A stretch of DNA of 64,000 nt from an uncultured Bifidobacteriaceae bacterium (GCA_964535675.1 CAZHTD010000004.1:31447-95446), one strand, 5' to 3'. Shown: positions 36,919-46,229, counted from the stretch's first letter. The notes: generated by a model not told the origin, from the sequence alone. Numbers and translations: made by a program.

Positions 36919-37362
36919 GGCTCCATTCTACGCCAGACGGCGATTGGCCACCCTCGCGAGCCGAGTTGATGGCGAGCATCGGTTGACACGCGCTGTCGAC
37001 CGCCGGCCAGAACGACGTCCAGCATCTCACCGACAGCGCCAGGGCCCTGGCGGAGGCGGGCTTCGTGGCCAGCGTCACCACGACCGAGTGGGCGCCTGGC
37101 GCTGCCGCCGACCGTACCCGCGTATTGGCCGGGCGGGCACCCCCGCGACAGCGAGCCCCACTTCCGGTGGAGCGACGACGAGGGCTCGCGCCAAGCCCGC
37201 CCTGCCGGGCCCGTCCGGTCACGTTCCCAGTGGCCGACGACTGACTCGCGCGCGGCACCTAGCCGCCGATCGTCCGCAGCGAATTCGACATACGACCCCC
37301 GAGAGCGTGAGGTCGTGATTCACGGATGGGCCACGCGTGGGGACGAGCGGGCCGTCGCCGCG

Positions 37363-38103
37363 TCAGGCCGCCTCTCGGTGCGCCACCAGCCAGCGCACGT
37401 CGACGATGAACGACCAGACCAGAATCGCGAGCGCGATGGCGGCCAGTACGGCGCTGAGCGGCGGGCGGATGAAGGGCGCGAGTACGGTGATCAGCCCGAT
37501 CAGCTGGATGACGCACACCGTCTGGCGCCGGCGGCGCGATGGAAGGGGCGCCCCCATCCACGGCAACACGGCGGCCGCGACCACGAACATGTAGCGTAGC
37601 AGCCCGGACAGCAGCACCCACGCCCCAGCCTTCTCCCACTGCCACGCCAGCACCGACAACACGAGGACAAGCAGCGCGTCGACCTCCATGTCGAAGCGTG
37701 CGCCGAATGCGCTCGCCGTGTCGTAGCGGCGGGCCAGCCACCCGTCGAGGTTGTCGAGCGCGGTGGCGACGCTGGCCAGCAAGACCACGGTGGCGGCGGT
37801 CGCGGTCACTTCCGGCTCGCCCACCAAACCCGCCAGCAGCGCGGTCAGGCTGGCGCGTCCGAGCGTGACGTGGTTGGCCGGGCCGAAGCGGGTGTGCGGG
37901 TGGTGAGCCCCGAGCCCGGCCAGCACCACGGCCAGGCCGGCGGCGAGGCCCCCCGACGCCTTCACGGCGTACCACGGGCCCACAGGAAGCACTGCGCCCA
38001 GGGCGACACTCGCCGCTCCCACGGCCGCCAGACCGAGACCAAGCGTCAGGAGCGCGTCGGCCCGGAGGGGCTGCTCCGGCAGGCGCCAAGTGCTGACAGG
38101 CAT
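37363..38103 (-). CDS. CDP-alcohol phosphatidyltransferase family protein
   Basis: Complete signature DNLDGWLARRYDTASAFGARFDMEVD (D-x2-DG-x2-AR-x8-G-x3-D-x3-D). Multi-TM. Start is ATG 38103, or GTG 38142 as in the track. Confidence 0.85.
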   Translation of the reverse strand: MPVSTWRLPEQPLRADALLTLGLGLAAVGAASVALGAVLPVGPWYAVKASGGLAAGLAVVLAGLGAHHPHTRFGPANHVTLGRASLTALLAGLVGEPEVTATAATVVLLASVATALDNLDGWLARRYDTASAFGARFDMEVDALLVLVLSVLAWQWEKAGAWVLLSGLLRYMFVVAAAVLPWMGAPLPSRRRRQTVCVIQLIGLITVLAPFIRPPLSAVLAAIALAILVWSFIVDVRWLVAHREAA

Positions 38104-38155
38104 CAGTCGAGGCCGCGATTGTATCGCCGGGGGGAAAGTCACAGAATGGCGGGTC

Positions 38156-39151
38156 GTGACAGTTCAGCACGGCAGCAGCGCGCGTGCCTTCTGGATCACC
38201 GCCCCCGGACGCGGCGAGATTCGTCAGGAGCCGGTGACAGCCCCGACGGGCGACGAAGTACTCGTGCGCACGCGCTACAGCGGCATCAGCCGGGGGACCG
38301 AGGCGCTGGTGTTCCAAGGCCGGGTGCCCGCGTCGGAGGCCGCGCGCATGCGCGCGCCCTTTCAGACGGGCAACTTTCCCGGCCCGGTCAAGTACGGCTA
38401 CGCGAACGTCGGGCAGGTCGAACAGGGCCCCCCGGCCCTGATGGGCCGTGACGTCTTCGTCCTCTACCCGCACCAGACCCGCTACACCGTGCCCGTGACG
38501 GCGGTCCACCCACTGCCCGACGGCGTGCCGCCACGCCGCGCCGTGTTGGCCGCGAACCTCGAAACGGCGGTCAACGGGCTCTGGGACGGCCAGCCACAGC
38601 TTGGGGACCGCGTGACGGTGATCGGCGCCGGCACCGTGGGATGTCTCGTCGCCTGGCTGGTCGCGCGAGTTCCCGGATGCGCGGTAGAGCTGGTCGACAT
38701 CAACCCGCGCCGCGCGGCCGTCGCGCACGCCCTTGGGGTGCCCTTTGCCGAGGCCAGCGCCGCGACTCGGGGCGCAGACCTCGTCCTGCACACCAGCGGC
38801 TCCCCCGACGGACTCGCCCTGGCACTCGGCATCGCGGGCTTCGAAGCGACGATCGTGGAGATAAGCTGGTACGGCGACCATGCTGTCCCGCTGCCCCTGG
38901 GCGAGGCGTTTCACGCCGGGCGCCTTACCCTGCGATCATCGCAGGTGGGACACGTGGCCGCCCCGCAGCGGGCGCGATGGGACCACGCGCGGCGCATGCG
39001 GCTGGTGCTCGACCTGCTGCGCGACGATGCGCTCGAGGCACTTGTCACCGGGGAGAGCGGGTTCGAGATGCTCCCCGCGGTCATGACACAGCTGTCGACC
39101 GACCCCGGCGACGCGCTGTGTCACTGTGTCACCTACGACGGGCTCGACTGA
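38156..39151 (+). CDS. MDR-superfamily dehydrogenase lacking zinc ligands (BchC-like subgroup)
   Basis: GTG 38156. SGISRGTEAL replaces the GxCxSD zinc-Cys segment and GYANVGQV replaces GHE. Rossmann motif VIGAGTVGCLVA. Confidence 0.8.
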   Translation: MTVQHGSSARAFWITAPGRGEIRQEPVTAPTGDEVLVRTRYSGISRGTEALVFQGRVPASEAARMRAPFQTGNFPGPVKYGYANVGQVEQGPPALMGRDVFVLYPHQTRYTVPVTAVHPLPDGVPPRRAVLAANLETAVNGLWDGQPQLGDRVTVIGAGTVGCLVAWLVARVPGCAVELVDINPRRAAVAHALGVPFAEASAATRGADLVLHTSGSPDGLALALGIAGFEATIVEISWYGDHAVPLPLGEAFHAGRLTLRSSQVGHVAAPQRARWDHARRMRLVLDLLRDDALEALVTGESGFEMLPAVMTQLSTDPGDALCHCVTYDGLD

Positions 39152-39171
39152 CCGGATCTGGAGGAGGCGCG

Positions 39172-39582
39172 ATGTACTCGGTACGCGTGCGTGATCACGT
39201 CATGATTGCCCACAGCCTCTCGGGAGCCGTGTTCGGCCCGGCCGAGCGGCTGCACGGCGCGACCTACGTCGTGGACGTCGAGTTCCGGCGGCCCGCGTTG
39301 GATGCCCACGGCATCGTGGTCGACATCGGTCGTGCCACCGAGGTTGTGCGCGAGATCCTCGGCGCGTTCAACTACCGGAACCTGGACGAGGTGCCAGCGT
39401 TCGCCGGACACAACACCACCACAGAGTTCCTCGCGCAGGCGATCTTCGACCGTGTGACCGCCGCGATCCGCGAGGGGCGATTCGGCGATGACGCCCACGC
39501 CATCGAGCAGGTCGCCGTGACGCTGCACGAGTCGCCCGTGGCCGCGGCAGGCTTCCAAGGCCCCGTGACCTCCGGCACGTGA
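39172..39582 (+). CDS. 6-pyruvoyl-tetrahydropterin synthase/QueD-like T-fold protein, atypical active site
   Basis: 136 aa. VMIAHSL ... ERLHGATYVVDVEF ... TTTEFLAQAIF ... VTLHESP follows the COG0720 pattern, but the HGH motif reads HGA and the catalytic Cys is absent. Confidence 0.8.
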   Translation: MYSVRVRDHVMIAHSLSGAVFGPAERLHGATYVVDVEFRRPALDAHGIVVDIGRATEVVREILGAFNYRNLDEVPAFAGHNTTTEFLAQAIFDRVTAAIREGRFGDDAHAIEQVAVTLHESPVAAAGFQGPVTSGT

Positions 39583-40631
39583 CGCGGCGCCTCACCGTGT
39601 TGGTGCCCGGAGACTTCACGACCCGCACGGGTGGCTACGAGTACGACCGGCGCATCGTCGCGGGCCTGCGCGCCCGCGGCTGGACGGTCGAAGTCGTGAC
39701 GCTGGCCGGGACCTTCCCGTTCCCCAAACCCGACGCGCTAGGCCAAGCCGCCGAGGCACTGGCGGGCCTGGCCGATGACGGCCTCGTGCTGATCGACGGC
39801 CTCGCCCTCGGCGCGATGCCCGACCACGCGCGAGCCCAGGCCCACCGGCTTCGACTCGTGGCCCTGGTCCACCATCCCCTCGCCAGTGAGACCGGCCTCG
39901 CGCCGGACGTCGCCACGCGCCTCGCGACAAGCGAGCGCCTCGCGCTGACAGCAGTCCGGGCCGTCGTCGTCACGAGCGCGGCGACGGCTGTCGGCCTTGA
40001 GTCCTACGGCGTGACCCCGGATCGCCTCGTCGTGGTCGAGCCCGGCACCGACCCGGCGCCGGTGGCCCGGGGCTCGGGGTCCGACGCGCCGCACCTGCTG
40101 AGCGTGGCCAGCCTCACCGCGCGCAAGGGGCACGATCTTCTGGTTGAGGCGCTGGCGCCCCTGCGCGATCGCCCGTGGCGCCTGACCATCGTCGGCAGCC
40201 GGACGCGCGAGCCTGCCGCCGCGGCACGCGTCAAGGCGCTGGTGGAGGCACGCGGGCTGACCGAGCGCGTGCAACTGGCCGGCGAAGCCGACGCGGCGGC
40301 CATCAGCGGCGTGTACGACGGCGCCGACCTGTTCGTGACTGCCAGCTATCACGAGGGGTACGGCATGGCGGTCGCCGAGGCCCTGGCCCGCGCGCTGCCC
40401 GTGGTGGGCACGGCGACCGGCGCGATCCCCGAACTGGTCGGCGACGACGCCGGCCTGATCGTCCCGGTGGGCGACTGCGCCGCGCTAACCCTCGCCCTGG
40501 CGCAGGTGCTCGACGACCCGGCGCTGCGCACCGGGCTCGCGGCCGGAGCGCTGGCACGTCGACAGGCGCTGCCCACCTGGGACGATGCCGCCGAGCGCAT
40601 GGCGGCGACGCTCGCCGAGGTGAGCGGGTGA
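39579..40631 (+). CDS. GT4-family (group 1) glycosyltransferase
   Basis: GTGA overlap with the upstream gene. C-terminal E-x7-E region HEGYGMAVAEALARALPVVGTATGAIPELV. Confidence 0.88.
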   Translation: MTRRLTVLVPGDFTTRTGGYEYDRRIVAGLRARGWTVEVVTLAGTFPFPKPDALGQAAEALAGLADDGLVLIDGLALGAMPDHARAQAHRLRLVALVHHPLASETGLAPDVATRLATSERLALTAVRAVVVTSAATAVGLESYGVTPDRLVVVEPGTDPAPVARGSGSDAPHLLSVASLTARKGHDLLVEALAPLRDRPWRLTIVGSRTREPAAAARVKALVEARGLTERVQLAGEADAAAISGVYDGADLFVTASYHEGYGMAVAEALARALPVVGTATGAIPELVGDDAGLIVPVGDCAALTLALAQVLDDPALRTGLAAGALARRQALPTWDDAAERMAATLAEVSG

Positions 40632-41440
40632 GCAGCGGATTCGACCCCGGATGGCTGGCACTGCGTGAACCCGCTGACGCCGCGGCGCGCTCGGCAGCGC
40701 TCGTCGAGCGCACCGCACAGACCCTAGCCGCCCGCCGCCCGGTACGCGCCGTCGATCTGGCGTGCGGCACCGGCGCCAACGTCCGCTTCCTGGTGCCGCG
40801 CCTGCCCTCGCCGCAGGAGTGGCTCCTCGTCGACCACGATCCCGTGCTGCTCGCCGAGGCGACCCGCCGCACCTGGCGTCCCGGCGAGGGCGGCTTCACC
40901 GTGCGACAGGTTGACCTCGGCGGACCCGACAGACTGGTGGTGATCGACCAGCGTGATCTAGTGACGGCTGCCGCCCTGCTCGACCTCGTGTCCGACGAGT
41001 GGCTGCATGCCACCCTGGCGCGGTGCCGCGAGGGAGGCACCGTCGTCCTGTTCGCGTTGAGCTACGACGGACGAACGACGTGTACGCCCGATGATCCGGA
41101 CGACCACCTGGTACGGGAACTGGTCAATCGCCATCAGCAGCGCGACAAGGGCTTCGGGCCGGCACTCGGCCCCGCAGCACCGACAGCGGCCCGCGCCCAC
41201 CTGCAGGCACTGCGCTACGAGGTGCGGGAAGCACGCAGCGACTGGACGCTCGATCCGGCCGCCACGGCGCTGCAGATCAGGCTCATCGACGGCTGGGCGG
41301 CCGCTGCGGCGGCGATGTCTGCAGGCAACAGGTCGCGCATCGAGGGCTGGCGGGCCCGTCGGCTGGCGCACGTCGAGGCCGGTCGCTCGCGGATCACGGT
41401 CGGTCACCGCGACGTGGCCGGATGGCCCGCGTCAGGATAA
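40628..41440 (+). CDS. class I SAM-dependent methyltransferase
   Basis: GTG 40628 in a GTGA overlap with the GT4 stop. Motif I VDLACGTGAN, post-I LLVDHD. The longer track ORF 40175.. is an out-of-context extension. Confidence 0.75.
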   Translation: MSSGFDPGWLALREPADAAARSAALVERTAQTLAARRPVRAVDLACGTGANVRFLVPRLPSPQEWLLVDHDPVLLAEATRRTWRPGEGGFTVRQVDLGGPDRLVVIDQRDLVTAAALLDLVSDEWLHATLARCREGGTVVLFALSYDGRTTCTPDDPDDHLVRELVNRHQQRDKGFGPALGPAAPTAARAHLQALRYEVREARSDWTLDPAATALQIRLIDGWAAAAAAMSAGNRSRIEGWRARRLAHVEAGRSRITVGHRDVAGWPASG

Positions 41441-41717
41441 GGCGGGCTGCGTACGGGCGCGCGCGTCCTGACCGGTCCGACAGCTACACCGCCGCGGGCG
41501 CGTGGTCGTGGTCGCCGCTGCACCGCGCTCCCTCCTGCGCGCACGCCACGCGGGCCGCCTGCCTGCGATCGCTGGTGCCGCGCGCTCACAACACGTCGCG
41601 GTGCGCCAGCCGGCCTGGCACACAGCGGCTGGTCGCCTCCACCCCTCGTCCATGATCTCGGCGTCGCACGGCGGCGGCGCGCGGCGCCGGTCGATCAGAT
41701 GTCGGAGGTCCGCGGGC

Positions 41718-42743
41718 TTACCAGTTGAGGACGTACGCGAACATCAGCGGGGCCACGATCGTGGCGTCGGACTCGATGATGAACTTCGGCGTGTCGACCC
41801 CCAGCTTCTCCCACGTGATCTTCTCGTTGGGCGTCGCCCCGGAGTACGACCCAAAACTGGTGGTTGAATCACTGATCTGGCAGAAATAGCCCCACAGCGG
41901 CACCTCGCGCCGCAGGTCCTGCCGCAGCATCGGCACCACGCAAATCGGAAAGTCCCCGGCGATGCCCCCGCCAATCTGGAAGAACCCGACCGAGCGCGAC
42001 GCCGACTGTTCCACATACCACGCGGCGAGCGCCGTCATCGTCTCGATGCCCGTCCGGACCGTATGCGGGTTGGTGATGGCGTCGGCCATGCACTGGGCCG
42101 CGAACATGTTGCCGAGCGTGGAGTCCTCCCAGCCGGGCACGAACACGGGCAGGCGCCGGCTCGCGGCCGCCGCCAGCCAACTGTGCTCGGGAGGGATCTC
42201 GAAGGCGGCGGTCAGCTCGGGCCGCTCCAAGGCGCGGTACACGTACTCGTAGGGAAACGCGCGCTCGCCTCGCGCCTCGGACTTGCGCCACTCGTCGATC
42301 ACGACCCGCTCCACGCGGCGCATGGCCTCGCCCTCGGGGATGCAGGTGTCGGTCACGCGGTTCAGGCGCCGGTCGAGCAGCGCCTGCTCGTCGGCCGGCG
42401 TCAGATCCCGGTAGTGCGGCACCCGCACGTAGTGATCGTGGGCCACGAGGTTGAACAGGTCCTCTTCCAGATTGGCGCCCGTCGCGCAGATGGCGTGCAC
42501 CTTGTCCTGGCGGATCATTTCGGCGAGCGAAATGCCGATCTCCGCGGTGCTCATCGCGCCGGCGAGCGTGATCATCATCGCTCCCCCGCCGTCGACGTGC
42601 TGGGCGTATGCCTGAGAGGCGTCGAGAAGGGTGGCGGCGTTGAAATGTCGGAAGTGGTGCTCAATGAACGCCGAGACAGCGCCACGCCCGCTACGCGACG
42701 CCGCGCCCGGCGTCGACGTGGCCGGAGACGCTGACGAAGGCAT
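41718..42743 (-). CDS. deoxyhypusine synthase-like protein
   Basis: 341 aa. HFRHFNAATLLDA, MMITLAGAMSTAEIG, AICATGANLEEDLFNLVAH, GGGIAGDFPICVVPML are DHS-family blocks. Confidence 0.9.
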   Translation of the reverse strand: MPSSASPATSTPGAASRSGRGAVSAFIEHHFRHFNAATLLDASQAYAQHVDGGGAMMITLAGAMSTAEIGISLAEMIRQDKVHAICATGANLEEDLFNLVAHDHYVRVPHYRDLTPADEQALLDRRLNRVTDTCIPEGEAMRRVERVVIDEWRKSEARGERAFPYEYVYRALERPELTAAFEIPPEHSWLAAAASRRLPVFVPGWEDSTLGNMFAAQCMADAITNPHTVRTGIETMTALAAWYVEQSASRSVGFFQIGGGIAGDFPICVVPMLRQDLRREVPLWGYFCQISDSTTSFGSYSGATPNEKITWEKLGVDTPKFIIESDATIVAPLMFAYVLNW

Positions 42744-43192
42744 GTCGCGACGAGCCTACCATAGGCGTACGCGCCGACAGACCTGCGCCCGCGCGTACTG
42801 GATCACGACGCCCGATGGCCCCGAGCGGTGCGTACGTCACGGCAGCCGGGGTTGCCTGCAGCTGTGGGATCGCGGGCACCTCGGCCATCCTGAGGTAGCC
42901 GACGCGTGTCATGAGCCCCAGCGTGTCGGTCAGCTCGTGGGCGCGATCGTCGGGCAGCGGCATGTTGTGCGTGTGCGCGCCAATGGCGCAGTTGTAGTGA
43001 TCGGCCACCTGGATTCCCATCTCGGCAGGTCTGGACTCCGCCGGACTGATCACTGTGATTGGGATGCCTTGCCTGTCTGGAGCCTTCGCATTGGCGGGGA
43101 TCTCCTGCTCCCGTGCTCAGCCGAGTCCCCAATCTGCTTGAAGGCCGTCTGGGAGTGATTAGGGGAGCAACGCCGTCGCGTACACAGTGTGT

Positions 43193-43639
43193 CTAGCCAG
43201 ACACGCCGCCCGCGCGGGCGCTCCCCCGCGCTTCAACGACCCTTACTTCCAGTCGCCGATTAACAGCATGAAGCGCCTGCTGGAGTCTGTCCAAGCGGGA
43301 AGCGTGGTGAACATCGAGGACGCGGTCAACCTGTGGCATGTGCCAACCCAGCCGCCGCCCAAGTTCAGCCTTTGTAATGCTCTGCTGTTGCATTGCCTTG
43401 TACAGCTCGATCTTTGGCACGGCCAGTGGTGGAACAGTGACGATGACCCCTCCCCGTGAGGGCTGTGGCAGACGTTTCCGGTCTTTCATGTACGCATTGA
43501 TCACAGTCAGAAGGGCGTCAGACGCTCGTCGCAGAGCTTCTTCCCGCGTGTCCCCAGCAGTATGAGCCTCCGGGAAATCCGGGAAGTCCACGCGTATCCG
43601 TTCCCCCTCGGTCGTCAACCGCACCCGATAGTGCGCCAT
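43193..43639 (-). CDS. hicB: HicB-family antitoxin with a C-terminal HTH
   Basis: 148 aa. Colinear with E. coli HicB as I recall it: YRVRLTTEGERIRVDFPDFPEAHTAGDTREEALRRASDALL... then ITKAELGRRLGWHMPQVDRVLDVHHASRLDRL. Confidence 0.85.
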   Translation of the reverse strand: MAHYRVRLTTEGERIRVDFPDFPEAHTAGDTREEALRRASDALLTVINAYMKDRKRLPQPSRGGVIVTVPPLAVPKIELYKAMQQQSITKAELGRRLGWHMPQVDRVLDVHHASRLDRLQQALHAVNRRLEVRVVEARGSARAGGVSG

Positions 43640-43743
43640 TCGCTTACGGCTTCGTCTCCGCCCGTCAGGTCTCGAGGCTGATTGAACGTCTCAGGCACTT
43701 CAAGGACTGTCGCCCTGGGCCTCAAGGTCCATTTCACCGGCCG

Positions 43744-43869
43744 TCACGGCAGCCCAAGATTGGTCTTGAACGCGTCCATGGCTCCGCGCGGCATGGCCGT
43801 CTTGCCCTGCATCGGACCGACTGCTGTTGGAGCACCCAGCGAACGACCCGAGGCCCGCCGAGTCCCCTC
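43744..43869 (-). pseudogene. hicA: possible hicA toxin remnant (C-terminal part only)
   Basis: The open frame ...TAVGPMQGKTAMPRGAMDAFKTNLGLP* resembles the HicA C-terminus (G-R/K-x-x-x-MPR ... LGL). It is bounded upstream by an in-frame TGA at 43870-43872 and no HicA-like N-terminus is recognisable. Confidence 0.3.
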
Positions 43870-44995
43870 TCAACCGTAGATCCCTACTTCGTGAGCCACG
43901 CCTTGAATCGCCGAGCAGGCATCGAGGACTGCCCTCCGTCGGTGCTGGGGCTGGCACTGGTAGCCATGGTGGTCGCGCCTCCGGTGGCCGCGTTGGCCAT
44001 GGCTCTTCGCTCTCGCCCTGTGCTCCCTTGACTGCCTGTGCTCGCCCGGGCCGGGCTGCTCGGCTATTGCGACGCTCGTGCCTTCCTCGGGACGGCCGTA
44101 TCCGAGGATAGCAAACACATCTGTTGTCGTATCAACGCAAATGTTGCGCTGGCCTCAAGGACCAGCCCCTGACGGTTACGCGTGGTCCGCACACCCTCCA
44201 GGTCAGTGCGAAGGCCTTCCCCACGCTTCGCCGAGACCTCGATCGTCATGTGCGTGCACGTCGACGCTACACGCATCGCCCGTCTGCAACCGCTTCGCTC
44301 TGGCGCACCGTCACCGGCTCAGCCCGGTGTCACACCGGCGATCGCCAGCCACCGCTCAGGGTAACCACCGGCCCGCGCGGCGTGTCGGTGCGCATGGCTG
44401 GCCCTCCCGCGACGCGGGCCAAGGGGGTGGACACCGCCTCCGAACGGCACGCCATGTGCCAAGGCGGATGCCCCCGTGGCGCAACGTACCTGGCGGAGGC
44501 GGCATCAACAGCAGGCGCTACCATCATCGGGCATCGGGATCGACTGGGTGCAGCGCAGGGACTACTCGACGCGCCGGTGGCAGGGCACGGCTGTCTCGCG
44601 GCCCACCGGGTGGACACCGGGCCGGTGGGCCGCGGCGGGCTTCCTCGACTGGTGCACCGAGCACCGCGTAGCGCGCCACGACAGTCAACAGGGCCAGCCA
44701 GCCCAGCACGCCTCTCGCCCGGAGATGCGCAACGCGCACCGGGGCGACTCGCTCGCGGCGCGGCGGGTCAAGTCCGACACTGGGCTGTGGCACTCCAACG
44801 AGGAGCAACCGCACAACCGCCTCGGCCCGGTGCCACGCCTGACGTTCCTGCCGAGGCCGACACCAGCCGGGCCGTCTCGCTGTACCGTGTCTACTTGCCG
44901 GGGACGCTGACACAACCTTTCGTGCCATTCGGCCACGGCGTCGTCCTGTAACACGCGGGTACCCCGTGGCCTCCCTCAACGCGTTCGGAAAGACG

Positions 44996-46150
44996 CTATG
45001 CCTCGCCGGTGATCCCCTCCTGTGTTTCCCGGATCACCAAGTCGACGACGGCGCGCAACGCTTCCTTCTCCGTGTCCCCTTCTAGCCGCCGGAGGCGGAA
45101 GTGATCGAGTTGCCGGTCGGCGCCGCTGCCGTTCCGAATGATGGTGAGCACGTGGCGCAACGCCTGCTCGCAGTGGAGTGCGCGGGCATCTTCCTCCAGC
45201 TCCTCGATGAGTTGCGCGATGTAGTCCTCGATGTCCACGCGTCCTTGGTCGCCGCCGGTGTCGCCCAAGAAAGCCAGCACGCCGTAGCGTTGGGCCAGCC
45301 AGCGGTTCTCCGCGATGATCTCAGTCGGTGGGTCGGGCGGCAGCAGCCCCCGATGGTCCAGGCGCACCAGCCAGCGGACGAGCGTGCTGTAGAGCGCGAC
45401 AATGGCCGCCACGTCATCGAGGCGCGGGCAGACGTCGCAGATCCGCATCTCCACGGTCGGGAAGTACTCGGAGGGCCGGATATCCCACCACAGTTCGCTC
45501 CCGTTCTGAATGAACTGCATGTCCTGGTAGACCGCTACAAGGCGCTCGTACTCCGCCCACGACGTCAGCGGGCCAGGCACATTGGTTCGCGGCAACGCTC
45601 CCATAATGGTCAGCCGATCGGACTTGAATCCCGTCTCACGCCCACCGCGAAAAGGTGACGACCCCGACAAGGCATGCAGTAGAGGCAGATACCGGCGCAG
45701 CGCGGTCATCACCCGAATCCGCGAATCGGGGTCACCGAAGCCGGCGTGGATGTGCATGCCACCAACCAGCAACTGTCGCACACTGTCCTGGAACGTGACT
45801 ACGAACTGCTCGTAACGCTGCTTTGGCGTGATTAGTTGGGACCGCCATTCGGCGAACGGGTGACTCGACGCTGCCAGCACCGCGACCCCATGCGTCCCGG
45901 CCGATTCGATCACCAGCCGCCGGGTCTCCCGGACCGCCTCACGCACCTCCGCCACCGAGGTGCAAACCTTCGTGCTGGTTTCGATCTGCGACCGCAGCAC
46001 TTCGTGCGCGATGGTGTGCGGTCCGCAACGCCGTTCGCATGCCTCGAAGATGGCCGGTGCGGGATCCGACTCCAGATCACGGGTGTCCGGATCGACGAGG
46101 AAGAACTCTTCCTCGACGCCGAGCGTGATGGCGGGCTCCGCCCCTGTCAT
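44996..46150 (-). CDS. ybdK: carboxylate-amine ligase (YbdK / GCS2 family)
   Basis: Start at MTGAEPAITLGVEEEFFLVD. Also MHIHAGF, WWDIRPSEYFPTVEMRICD. The N-terminal 49 aa of the track ORF are likely spurious. Confidence 0.88.
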   Translation of the reverse strand: MTGAEPAITLGVEEEFFLVDPDTRDLESDPAPAIFEACERRCGPHTIAHEVLRSQIETSTKVCTSVAEVREAVRETRRLVIESAGTHGVAVLAASSHPFAEWRSQLITPKQRYEQFVVTFQDSVRQLLVGGMHIHAGFGDPDSRIRVMTALRRYLPLLHALSGSSPFRGGRETGFKSDRLTIMGALPRTNVPGPLTSWAEYERLVAVYQDMQFIQNGSELWWDIRPSEYFPTVEMRICDVCPRLDDVAAIVALYSTLVRWLVRLDHRGLLPPDPPTEIIAENRWLAQRYGVLAFLGDTGGDQGRVDIEDYIAQLIEELEEDARALHCEQALRHVLTIIRNGSGADRQLDHFRLRRLEGDTEKEALRAVVDLVIRETQEGITGEA

Positions 46151-46229
46151 GAACCTTCCTGCATCAGCAGCCTCGCTGGAGACTAGTCTATCGGCCCGGG
46201 GGCCAAGTCTGGCCACTCCTGTGGCACCG

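Noticed and set aside
36975-37255. ArsR/SmtB-like HTH fragment (…QNDVQHLTDSARALAEAGFVASVTTTEW…) on the plus strand
   Set aside because: The resemblance covers only about 25 residues. There is no start codon after the in-frame TGA and no wing or metal-site motifs. This is too weak to call even as a pseudogene.
37259-38914. 551-aa minus-strand ORF
   Set aside because: It overlaps the CDP-alcohol phosphatidyltransferase gene in another frame and is antisense to the MDR dehydrogenase. It is an R/G/A-rich artefact.
40175-41440. 421-aa ORF as one long methyltransferase
   Set aside because: The first about 150 residues (R/G-rich) overlap the GT4 gene out of frame. The methyltransferase similarity and a GTGA-coupled GTG start begin at 40628.
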